From the NCBI GenBank assembly GCA_903893135.1, contig CAITLA010000065.1, positions 1-50,329 on the forward strand: DNA of 50,329 bases. The letters run 5' to 3'. This DNA comes from an uncultured Syntrophaceae bacterium (GTDB lineage: Bacteria > Desulfobacterota > Syntrophia > Syntrophales > UBA2185). Below, in pieces: positions 36,571-44,918 of the stretch. The notes below the pieces were generated by a model. The model was not told where the DNA came from. It ran no database searches and saw only the letters and a list, made by a program, of their open reading frames with translations. Numbering within the stretch: the stretch's first letter is position 1; each line of letters opens with the position of its first letter. The position numbers and the translations under genes were made by a program.

Positions 36571-36903
36571 TTAAGTTGTGGCTAATGTTTTTTTATCTTG
36601 AGGGTCGACATCAATAAACTCTATTCCACAATCATAGGCTTTATAATCGTTAACAGAAAATTCCTCAGCCCAAACTACCTTACCTTTAACGATAATGAAA
36701 TTAGCCTCACCCTGAAGAGACAATTTAAGTCTCAGGAGGGCACCAATGTTAATTTTTTCACGGAGCACAAGACATATCCCTCCGGCACTTACATTCTTAG
36801 ATTGGTTTTCTTCTTCCCTGAGAGGAGAAACTTTTAATACCTCATATTTGACCTTTACGGTGAGTGGAAGGCGCGGGAATTTCCTTTTTTCCAGTATAGT
36901 CAT
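36571..36903 (-). CDS. PilZ domain (c-di-GMP binding) protein
   Basis: The 110-aa ORF has the RxxxR motif (RKFPR) and the D/NxSxxG motif (NVSAGG). Confidence 0.8.
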   Translation of the reverse strand: MTILEKRKFPRLPLTVKVKYEVLKVSPLREEENQSKNVSAGGICLVLREKINIGALLRLKLSLQGEANFIIVKGKVVWAEEFSVNDYKAYDCGIEFIDVDPQDKKTLATT

Positions 36904-37077
36904 AATAAATCGCTCCTGGAACCAGACCGACGATAAGACACTGCTTTTTCAAGATTTGATTATATGAAGGAAGAGCTTGCGTGTCAATGCAATAATTACC
37001 GACAATTACCAATTGAAAGGATGGCTATATATCAAAATTACCAGACGCTCTGTTACAGGAAGGATGTCTTCGATACC

Positions 37078-37142
37078 GCCAATGTTGACAAAGGGTATGT
37101 AACAAGAAGTGAAGATCAGGCTTTGATGAAGAGGATGCAGTG
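37078..37142 (+). repeat. 65-nt direct repeat, copy B
   Basis: This copy matches 34236-34300 at 59 of 65 positions. It ends exactly 1 nt before the stop codon (37143-37145) of the convergent pbpG-like gene. Confidence 0.9.
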
Positions 37143-38090
37143 TTAGATAGGACGCGTGGTATTGGTTTTGGTCACCCTCTGTTTTTGCCGCGCCGGCGGC
37201 GGTCTCTCCATCCACCGCTTGATGCGGTCGGCGTCTGCGAAGCGCGTCAGCTTGCCTTGAGCATCGAGCAGCACAATCAGCACGGGGCGCTGGGCCACCT
37301 GGGCTTGCATTACCAAGCATCGTCCTGCCTCATCGATGAAGCCTGTCTTGGAGAGGCCGATCTGCCAGCGAGGGCTCCGGACAAGGCGATTGCTGTTGCG
37401 GAACTTCAGTATGCGGTAGCCTGAATGGATCGTGGTATCTTCGCGGGTAGTGAATTCCCGGACAAGAGGATATTGGTAGGCTGCATCCACCATCCGCGCC
37501 AGTTCCCGAGCGGTGGACACGTTGCCGCTGGAAAGGCCGACTGGGTCCTCGAAGCGCGTCTCCGTTAGTCCCAGTAACTGGGCCTTGGCGTTCATGGCAG
37601 CAACAAAAGCGTCGATACCACCGGGGTAGGTCCGCCCGAGAGTGTGAGCACAGCGGTTCTCAGATGCCATTAAAGCCAGGAGCAGCGCATCTCCGCGCGT
37701 TATGAGGGTTCCCACCCGCAGGCGGGAGCGGGTGTGGCGAAGAGTATCCACGTCTTCGGGTTCAATGGTGATCAATTCCTGGAGGTCCAATTGAGCATCC
37801 AGCGTCACCATGGCTGTCATGAGCTTGGTGATGGAGGCGATGGGCAATACTGCCGTCGCTCGTTTCTGAACGAAGAGCTCGCCTGTCTGCTGGTCCTCCA
37901 CCCATGCGCAGGCTGAACGGATAACGAGCTTCTGGGGATCACGGACGACTTTAACGCGCTTTTTCTTTTTATGCGCAGTTTGGGATTTCGACGACTTTGA
38001 CGATTTTGAGGCTCCTGCGGCCCACTGGACCGACAGCAACCCCACACTCAGAATGATGACCAGGATCGCTATGCCATATCTACGCGCCAT
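37143..38090 (-). CDS. pbpG: D-alanyl-D-alanine endopeptidase/carboxypeptidase (peptidase S11, PBP7-like)
   Basis: The 315-aa ORF has a signal/anchor sequence and the SxxK (SITK), SxN (SEN) and KTG (SKTGF) motifs. Confidence 0.85.
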   Translation of the reverse strand: MARRYGIAILVIILSVGLLSVQWAAGASKSSKSSKSQTAHKKKKRVKVVRDPQKLVIRSACAWVEDQQTGELFVQKRATAVLPIASITKLMTAMVTLDAQLDLQELITIEPEDVDTLRHTRSRLRVGTLITRGDALLLALMASENRCAHTLGRTYPGGIDAFVAAMNAKAQLLGLTETRFEDPVGLSSGNVSTARELARMVDAAYQYPLVREFTTREDTTIHSGYRILKFRNSNRLVRSPRWQIGLSKTGFIDEAGRCLVMQAQVAQRPVLIVLLDAQGKLTRFADADRIKRWMERPPPARQKQRVTKTNTTRPI

Positions 38091-38383
38091 TCTCTCTCCG
38101 TGACTTCAAGATGTCGAAGGTGCTTTTTTTCGCACATCACCTTCGTTTGCTGCCATAGAATATAAGAGACAGCGTTTGACAAAATTTTTTTGGCAAGTTC
38201 ACTGTAAAGAAAAAGTGACCCGTATGTCAAGAAAAATAAGCACGAGGTCGTTGCTGATTATCATTTGCAACTTTGCATTTGCGTCTTCGTTATAAGAAAC
38301 GGCATTTCAGAAAGCGCTCCTTCAATTCTGCGCACTTGATTTTATGAGGAAGGATTATTATATTTGTATCGGAGGCCAAATAT

Positions 38384-38665
38384 ATGTTGACCATTACACC
38401 GGAAGCAAGGACATATGCACTCGATAAGGGTGGCACGTTATTTTTAGAATATATTACCTTGACGGGCGGCTGCTGCGTACCCTTCCAGCCGGAACCAACC
38501 GTCAGGCTTGGCAAGCCCCGTAATCATGATCGATACAGACAGAAAACCATAGACGGTTTGACAATCTTTGTCCCTCATGAACTGCCGGATGAAGAATTGG
38601 TTATCGCGATGGCTTCCGTCCTGGGGTTCAAGAAATTGGTAATTGAAGGCTGGCGCCATTTTTGA
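38384..38665 (+). CDS. small protein with GGCC motif (possibly the CC/Se-motif family; Cys-Cys form)
   Basis: The 93-aa ORF reads MLTITPEARTYALDKGGTLFLEYITLTGGCCVPFQPEPTVRLGKP. GGAGG lies upstream of the start. The family assignment is from memory only. Confidence 0.55.
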   Translation: MLTITPEARTYALDKGGTLFLEYITLTGGCCVPFQPEPTVRLGKPRNHDRYRQKTIDGLTIFVPHELPDEELVIAMASVLGFKKLVIEGWRHF

Positions 38666-38847
38666 TGGCGAATGGGTGATGTGTCAATTATTTTTTATGG
38701 ATTAATGTGCATCGATCCTGCCTGCACTTCCGATATCAAATATTAGAAGCAACAAATAACAGTTAAGGGGAGGAGTTCCCCCTTTTCCTGCCGGGATCAA
38801 GACTTGATGTTACACTGCAAGGCGGGTAATTATTAGATTCCCGCAAA

Positions 38848-39021
38848 TCACTTTGTTCTCACTGGAATGATCGACTGAACCCTGTTTCTGGCTCTGCTTT
38901 TCCTGGTCTCCGGTTTCCCGGCCTCCGAGCACTTCTCAAACAGCAGCAGAGGGACGGCCGCAATGGCAATGCCGACCAGGAACCATAAGATGTTCAACAA
39001 TATTTTCTTTTTGTTGATCAT
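38848..39021 (-). CDS. 57-aa single-pass membrane miniprotein
   Basis: This ORF is too short for the ORF track. Its ATG overlaps the TGA of the metallophosphoesterase gene (ATGA at 39018-39021). The product is MINKKKILLNILWFLVGIAIAAVPLLLFEKCSEAGKPETRKSRARNRVQSIIPVRTK. Confidence 0.5.
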   Translation of the reverse strand: MINKKKILLNILWFLVGIAIAAVPLLLFEKCSEAGKPETRKSRARNRVQSIIPVRTK

Positions 39022-40178
39022 TTCGTTTTCTCAGTTCTTCCGTGTATCAGGTCAATAACAGTGATTTCCGGGGGTGATAAAAAACGTATCGGCGGCCCCC
39101 ACGTGCCTGTTCCCCTGTTTACGTATAAATGCGCATCATTCGGCAGGCTGAAGTATCCGGTGATGAACGGATAAAAGCGCCGCACAACAAAGTTGAAAGG
39201 AAAAATCTGGCCATTGTGGGTGTGCCCGGAAAGCTGGAGATCAAAATACCCGACATTATTTTTTTCTATGACCGGCCGGTGCTTGAGAAGCACCGTGAAG
39301 TGCTGACGGGAAAGTCCTGACAGCAATTTCGTTTCAGTAGTTTCTTTGGCAAGACCGTAAGCATCTACTGTGGGATCGTCGACACCGGCGATATTGATCA
39401 CTCCCGCCACATTGATGCCTTCTTCCCTGAGAACTGTAAATCCCGCGGCCCGCGTGAAATCCATGGCCTGGTCCAGACCTGCGTAGAATTCATGATTGCC
39501 CGTGATGGCGAATTTGCCGTACCGCGGATGCACGTTCCGCAGAAACGTCGCGTGCTCCGCGAGGTTGTCTATCTGTCCGTCCACAAGGTCTCCCGTCGAT
39601 ACGAGGATGTCCGGTTCCGCTTTTTTTATTTCTTCGACGATGTGCTTCAGGCGTTCGCCTCTTACGATGATTCCGATATGGACATCGGATATCTGCACGA
39701 TCCTTATCCTTCCTGCCGCCTCAGGGATTTTGGGAGATGCTATTGTTATTTTTTCTGTCCTTATATTCTTTGCCTCAAAATAGCCGTACACATTGATGGC
39801 CGATGAAATTATGAGAGGCAACAGAAACGCGTATAAAGGTGAAAGGACCAGACGAGAGAAATCCCTGTGGGGAATAAGGGCGCCTGCACGGATGAGGAGA
39901 TGGTAGAGGTCAAGAAGGAGGGAAGAGACGAAAAATAAGAACACCACGCCCATCCATATATATCCCGTGTACGACATGATGCAGGCCAGGGTTTCGTAGC
40001 CATACCGCTCGCACAACCGCACGATGAAGGGGGCGAGGATCATGAACACAAGGAGAATAATCAGGACTGCACAGGCGGCGGCGCCTGGATGAAATGCCCC
40101 TTTGATCTTCGCGAAAAGATAAAGGTGCACCCCGCCGTAGATGAGAAAAAAGGTGAGTAGGAAAAGGCTCATTGACAT
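39018..40178 (-). CDS. membrane-anchored metallophosphoesterase (calcineurin-like)
   Basis: The 386-aa ORF has N-terminal TM helices followed by the DxH (SDVHIG), GDxxD (GDLVDG), GNHE and GHTH motifs. Confidence 0.9.
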   Translation of the reverse strand: MSMSLFLLTFFLIYGGVHLYLFAKIKGAFHPGAAACAVLIILLVFMILAPFIVRLCERYGYETLACIMSYTGYIWMGVVFLFFVSSLLLDLYHLLIRAGALIPHRDFSRLVLSPLYAFLLPLIISSAINVYGYFEAKNIRTEKITIASPKIPEAAGRIRIVQISDVHIGIIVRGERLKHIVEEIKKAEPDILVSTGDLVDGQIDNLAEHATFLRNVHPRYGKFAITGNHEFYAGLDQAMDFTRAAGFTVLREEGINVAGVINIAGVDDPTVDAYGLAKETTETKLLSGLSRQHFTVLLKHRPVIEKNNVGYFDLQLSGHTHNGQIFPFNFVVRRFYPFITGYFSLPNDAHLYVNRGTGTWGPPIRFLSPPEITVIDLIHGRTEKTK

Positions 40179-40458
40179 CTCGACAGATAAAACACGATTT
40201 ACCGTCCACTCTTTCTAATATTGCCGCGAGTTGGCCTTGCTCAAGGCGGCTTGTCTCCCGGCATGAACTTTAGCTGACAGCGTTTTTCTGCCGAGGTCAG
40301 AGGATTCTTAGGGCTTGCTATTGGCAAATCAACTAATAGCAAACGAAGCTTCATTATAAGAAGCTTTATATTGAAAATAATCAATAATTAAAATATATTT
40401 GTCAAGAAGAATGTCTTTTTAGAAGATAATACAAATTTACTTTTTGGAGGAATTGAAA

Positions 40459-41244
40459 ATGGATTGGGGAATGCAGAACCGTATGTCACAGCTTATCCAG
40501 GCTGATGGCCATTGTTTTTTTCTTCCCATAGACCACGGCTATTTCCAGGGCCCGACGTCATGCCTGGAAAAGCCCGGAGAAACCATAGCACCTCTCCTTC
40601 CCTATTGCGATGCCATCTTTGTAACCAGGGGTGTATTGCGGGCGGCAGTGGATCCCGCAGGGAGTAAACCGATCATCCTCAGGGTATCCGGAGGCACCAG
40701 CGTGGTTGGCAAGGACCTGGCAAATGAAAGCATTACCACATCCATAGAGGAGATTATCCGCCTCAATGCGGCTGCTGTGGGAATTTCCATCTTTGTAGGG
40801 AGCGACTACGAACGCGAGTCCTTGACTAACCTCTCGGGGCTTGTCAACGAATGTGAGAATTTCGGTATCCCCGTAATGGCTGTCACGGCGGTCGGCAAAG
40901 AATTGGAAAAGCGGGATGCCAGGTATCTGGGACTCAGCTCTCGCATCGCTGCGGAGCTCGGAGCTCGGGTAGTCAAAACCTACTGGTGTAAAGACTTCGA
41001 CAAGGTCGTATGCGGCTGCCCCGTCCCGGTAGTTATGGCGGGCGGCCCGAAATGTGAAACGGAGCTCGAAGTCATGGAGTTTGTATATGACGGCATGCAG
41101 AACGGGGCGATCGGCATCAATCTCGGAAGAAACGTATGGCAGAATCCCCACCCGGTAGCCATGATAAGGGCTTTGCGGTCCATCATTCATGAGAACTATA
41201 CGGCCAAGGAAGCGTGGGATTTGTTCAACAGTCTCAAAAAATGA
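40459..41244 (+). CDS. class I aldolase of the DhnA/LsrF/ADH-synthase family
   Basis: GGAGG lies 8 nt before the ATG at 40459. The ORF has the family-typical FLPIDHG motif and a Schiff-base Lys context (VVKTYW). Confidence 0.75.
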   Translation: MDWGMQNRMSQLIQADGHCFFLPIDHGYFQGPTSCLEKPGETIAPLLPYCDAIFVTRGVLRAAVDPAGSKPIILRVSGGTSVVGKDLANESITTSIEEIIRLNAAAVGISIFVGSDYERESLTNLSGLVNECENFGIPVMAVTAVGKELEKRDARYLGLSSRIAAELGARVVKTYWCKDFDKVVCGCPVPVVMAGGPKCETELEVMEFVYDGMQNGAIGINLGRNVWQNPHPVAMIRALRSIIHENYTAKEAWDLFNSLKK

Positions 41245-41281
41245 GTGACGAACGGCAATAATCTGATCAGGTCACAAAACT

Positions 41282-42313
41282 ATGCGCGTGGCAATGTACT
41301 ACAATAACAGGGACGTGAGGCTGGAAGAGATGCCGAGGCCCAAAATCGGCCCCGGCGAGATTCTGGTAAAGGTCATAGCGAGCGGCATATGCGGAAGCGA
41401 CGTTATGGAATGGTATCGTATTCGCAAGGCGCCTCTGGTCTTGGGCCATGAGATCGCGGGAGAGATCGCTGAGATAGGAGAAGGGGTAGGGCGTTATAAA
41501 ATCGGTGACAGGGTTTTTGTCTCCCACCATATTCCGTGCAATACCTGTCATTACTGCCTGATGGGGTATCACACAGCCTGTGAGACATTGCATACGACAA
41601 ACTATGACCCCGGCGGTTTTGCCGAATATATCAGAGTACCCGAACTCAATGTGGATCGAGGCGTGTTTATCCTGCCGGAGGAGCTTTCGTTTGAAGACGG
41701 AGTCTTTATCGAACCCCTGGCCTGTGTTGTCCGCGGGCAGCGGGTGGCAAATCTTCAGGCAAGCCAATCCGTACTAATTCTGGGAAGCGGCATCTCCGGC
41801 CTTCTCCATCTTCTTTTGGCCAGAACCCTCGGGGCGGGACGCATCATAGCGACGGACATGAGCGAATACCGGCTGCAGATGGCAAGGGCATTCGGGGCGG
41901 ACGCAGTTCTTCAGGCCGCAGAAGATATACCTGAGAGTGTCCGGCGGATTAATAAGGGCAGGCTTGCCGATCTTGTTATTGTCTGTACGGGGGCGCCGGC
42001 TGCCTTCCATCAGGCCCTGAAAGCTGTGGATCGCGGCGGAACGATCCTCTGCTTTGCCACAACGGAACCGGATGTGGAACTATCCATCCCTCTCAATGAG
42101 TTCTGGCGCAATGAAATAAAGTTGATGCCATCATATGGAAACAGCCCCCTGGATGCGACCGTTGCGACAGAGCTCATCAGATCGGGACGCGTGCCCGTAG
42201 GGAAGATGATTACACATAGACTGCCTCTGGATAAGGCCGGTTACGGGTTCCGGCTTGTTGCTGAAGGAGGAGAATCCCTTAAGGTGATAATTGAACCGCA
42301 AAGATCGGCTTGA
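41282..42313 (+). CDS. zinc-dependent (MDR family) alcohol/polyol dehydrogenase
   Basis: The 343-aa ORF has GICGSD, GHEIAGEI, a structural-Zn Cys cluster (CNTCHYCLMGYHTAC) and GSGISG. Confidence 0.9.
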   Translation: MRVAMYYNNRDVRLEEMPRPKIGPGEILVKVIASGICGSDVMEWYRIRKAPLVLGHEIAGEIAEIGEGVGRYKIGDRVFVSHHIPCNTCHYCLMGYHTACETLHTTNYDPGGFAEYIRVPELNVDRGVFILPEELSFEDGVFIEPLACVVRGQRVANLQASQSVLILGSGISGLLHLLLARTLGAGRIIATDMSEYRLQMARAFGADAVLQAAEDIPESVRRINKGRLADLVIVCTGAPAAFHQALKAVDRGGTILCFATTEPDVELSIPLNEFWRNEIKLMPSYGNSPLDATVATELIRSGRVPVGKMITHRLPLDKAGYGFRLVAEGGESLKVIIEPQRSA

Positions 42314-42322
42314 GGCCACCCT

Positions 42323-42778
42323 CTAATATATGCCCGCCTGGCATCCCGCTGCAAGAGTACTGCCCAATTCACGACACTTTGCAAGGTCGTCGTCGGTTAA
42401 CTTGCCCTTGGAGATCACAGGCTCATAAACCATTTTAAACTTGTAACCGAGGGCGATGCGCTCGACGGCTCTTAAGGCACCCGTACCGTCATTGCCGGCG
42501 CTGATGAATACTACATAGGGCTTCCTGAAGACATTGTCTCCGGCGGGGTAATAAGTTCGGTCAAAAAAATCCTTGACCATGCCTGACATATAGCCAAAGT
42601 TCTCCGGTGTGCCGATCGCTAACCCGGCTGATCCCAAGAGGTCATCGAGGGTGGCATCCTCTGCCCTCTTCAGAACCACTTCCGTATTTTCAATAATCCG
42701 GGCTCCATCCGCGACAGCCTGAGCCATCTTTTCCGTGTTTCCTGTCTGCGAATGATATACTATTAATATCCTAGCCAT
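42323..42778 (-). CDS. flavodoxin-family protein
   Basis: The 151-aa ORF has the FMN loop (ILIVYHSQTGNTEKMA). Confidence 0.85.
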   Translation of the reverse strand: MARILIVYHSQTGNTEKMAQAVADGARIIENTEVVLKRAEDATLDDLLGSAGLAIGTPENFGYMSGMVKDFFDRTYYPAGDNVFRKPYVVFISAGNDGTGALRAVERIALGYKFKMVYEPVISKGKLTDDDLAKCRELGSTLAAGCQAGIY

Positions 42779-42943
42779 GGAATTTTCTGAGCTCCTTTGC
42801 GACCATTTAATAGTAAAGGCGATTCACCACATGGAACATATTCTAGAAATTTTTATCTACTATACTTGACAATATATGGTATTTAACTAAAATACTAACA
42901 AGAAAATAGCAATATCAATAATCCTGATATGGAGGAAAGAACA

Positions 42944-43108
42944 TGCCAACGTATGAGTATCTCTGCGAAGCCTGCAGGAAAAAGTTTTCATTGATACAGA
43001 GTTTCAGAGAACATGAGAAGGCCAAAGCTGCATGTCCGAAATGCGCAAGCAAGAAGGTAAGACAGCTTATCTCCACATTCACGGCCAAGACCAGCAGGAA
43101 AAGTTGAC
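42944..43108 (+). CDS. FmdB-family zinc-ribbon protein (54 aa)
   Basis: This ORF is too short for the ORF track. GGAGGA lies 6 nt upstream of the start. The product is MPTYEYLCEACRKKFSLIQSFREHEKAKAACPKCASKKVRQLISTFTAKTSRKS. The overlapping 65-aa minus-strand ORF is spurious. Confidence 0.75.
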
Positions 43109-43241
43109 GCATTATTAACTCACGCTCTCTGAAGCCGAACTAAAGGCAACAGTGCGCCTTCTATACTATCCGGCCCCTTTCGTGAAATATGATGCCATTC
43201 GTAAATGGCCATGTAATCATAGATCTGGAGAGGAGATCGTC

Positions 43242-43628
43242 ATGATAAAAATAACTATTTCAGTATTAGTCGCTGCATTCTTCATCTTGTCGGGAAGTAT
43301 TGAAAGTAATGCCTTCAGATGCGGCGACGGGTATATCAGTGTCGGAGACTCTAAGACCAAAGTACTCCTTGAATGCGGCAAACCGACATCAAAGGAAAAG
43401 GTACGCGCAAAAAAAGGCCGGCACTACAGGACGGACGAAAGGGAGAAAGACAAGAGCGATAAGACCAAACGTACTTACTTGAAGGAAAAAAAGAAACCCG
43501 GTGAAAAGTGGTACTATAACTGCGGGGAAAACGATTTCATCTACATTCTTACTTTCGAGGGAAGCATTCTCAAAAGCGAAGATACAGGGAGCTACGGCAA
43601 GGGCAAGTCGGATTGCAAAGGCCGATAG
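43242..43628 (+). CDS. secreted DUF2845-like protein with Lys-rich insert
   Basis: GGAGAGGAG lies upstream of the ATG at 43242. The ORF has a signal peptide (MIKITISVLVAAFFILSGSIESNA), then FRCGD...LLECGKP...WYYNCGENDFIYILTFEG. Confidence 0.65.
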   Translation: MIKITISVLVAAFFILSGSIESNAFRCGDGYISVGDSKTKVLLECGKPTSKEKVRAKKGRHYRTDEREKDKSDKTKRTYLKEKKKPGEKWYYNCGENDFIYILTFEGSILKSEDTGSYGKGKSDCKGR

Positions 43629-43660
43629 GCGACCGTATAGAGATAACGGAGGTTACACTT

Positions 43661-44170
43661 ATGGATGCAATGGAAGCAATTCTTTCAAGAAGAAGTATTC
43701 GTAAATACACAAAAGAGGCGGTGCCGGACAGTATAGTGAAAGAAATATTAGAAGCAGCTATGAGCGCGCCTTCTGCAGGCAATGAACAGCCCTGGCATTT
43801 CGTTATTATCAATGATCGAAAAATCCTCGATGAAATTCCCAAGGTCCATCCATATTCTCAGTCCGTAAAGACGGCCTCCGTGGCAATTCTGGTTTGCGGA
43901 GACCTGAAATTAGAAGTGCATAAGGATTTCTGGGTGCAGGATTGTTCGGCAGCAACAGAAAATATCCTGATTGCCGTTCAGGCAAAAGGATTAGGCGCGG
44001 TCTGGCTCGGTATCCATCCGATAACAGAACGCGTTAAAGGCATGCAGAAGCTCCTAAAACTACCCGATCATGTGATACCGCTCGCAGTCATTCCTGTCGG
44101 GTATCCCGATGAGCATAAACCTCTGGCTAATCGATTTAACACCGCAAGGATTCATTTCAATAGTTGGTGA
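43661..44170 (+). CDS. nitroreductase family protein
   Basis: ACGGAGG lies 8 nt before the ATG at 43661. The ORF has RRSIRKY and SAPSAGNEQPW motifs. Confidence 0.85.
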   Translation: MDAMEAILSRRSIRKYTKEAVPDSIVKEILEAAMSAPSAGNEQPWHFVIINDRKILDEIPKVHPYSQSVKTASVAILVCGDLKLEVHKDFWVQDCSAATENILIAVQAKGLGAVWLGIHPITERVKGMQKLLKLPDHVIPLAVIPVGYPDEHKPLANRFNTARIHFNSW

Positions 44171-44478
44171 TAACTGACGACTGTCGTGCAAGGTTCCCCT
44201 GCCCGAGCTTGCCCCGGCATAGGCGGTGCAGTGCATGTCTCTGTATGCCTTTCGCGGAATTGCCATGGCCCGGAGCGGCGGATTTCTGATGCGATAACTT
44301 ATTTGTCCAGTTAGGGAATTATTCCCCAAAGGAAGGGGAATACTTCCTCAACAAAGGAGGCATATGCCAGCGTGGCATTTTGGCAACCTGTTATTATTGC
44401 TGCTCATTTTTATTTATTTTCATTGTGGTATAGTCCTTGCTAAATTAATGGAAAACTGAAAGAAAGGAGGTGAATCGA

Positions 44479-44712
44479 ATGAAGAAACTCATGACAGTAT
44501 TTATCGCTATTCTGTTTGCGCTTTCTATGACCGGCCTCTGCTTCGCTCAGGCTCCGGCTGCCCCACCGGCAGAGAAGAAGGTTGAAGAGAAGGGAGAAAA
44601 GAAGGCTGAGAAGAAGAAGGTAAAGAAAGCAAAGAAGGCAAAGAAGGAAAAGAAGGAAAAGAAGGAAGAAGTGAAGAAGGAAGAGCCAAAGCCAGCAGAT
44701 CCAAAGAAATAA
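44479..44712 (+). CDS. secreted Lys/Glu-rich low-complexity protein (77 aa)
   Basis: AAGGAGG lies 6 nt before the ATG at 44479. The ORF has a signal peptide (MKKLMTVFIAILFALSMTGLCFAQA), then AEKKVEEKGEKKAEKKKVKKAKKAKKEKKEKKEEVKKEE. Confidence 0.65.
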   Translation: MKKLMTVFIAILFALSMTGLCFAQAPAAPPAEKKVEEKGEKKAEKKKVKKAKKAKKEKKEKKEEVKKEEPKPADPKK

Positions 44713-44741
44713 CTTGCTTCAATCTTATCTTCGCAAAAATT

Positions 44742-44785
44742 ATTCAAAAGGGGTTCTGAGAAATCATGAGCCCCTTTTGAATTTC
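44742..44785 (+). terminator. rho-independent terminator-like hairpin
   Basis: ATTCAAAAGGGG (44742-44753) pairs perfectly with CCCCTTTTGAAT (44771-44782) around a 17-nt loop. TTTC follows. Confidence 0.6.
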
Positions 44786-44918
44786 TGGTACTGATCTCGC
44801 GGCATTTACCTTTTTCAATCATGCTGTCAGCGACCCATGAAGTCTTCAGCTCTCACATCCGCCAACGTCTTCAAATGAATCACAATTAACTTGTCATTTC
44901 GGTTATTATCTGTATTAA

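Noticed and set aside
36964-37146. A 60-aa plus-strand ORF covering repeat copy B, with the analogous ~42-aa ORF at 34173-34299, considered as genuine small genes.
   Set aside because: Only 1 of the 6 differences between the repeat copies is synonymous, and neither ORF has a convincing RBS. Copy B's ORF also overlaps the 3' end of pbpG. I treat both as a nucleotide-level repeat and not as coding sequence.
44525-44822. Two minus-strand ORFs (65 and 91 aa) across the polypurine tract.
   Set aside because: They are low-complexity Ser/Phe/Leu/Pro translations of the pyrimidine strand. The plus-strand ORF has an RBS and a signal peptide.
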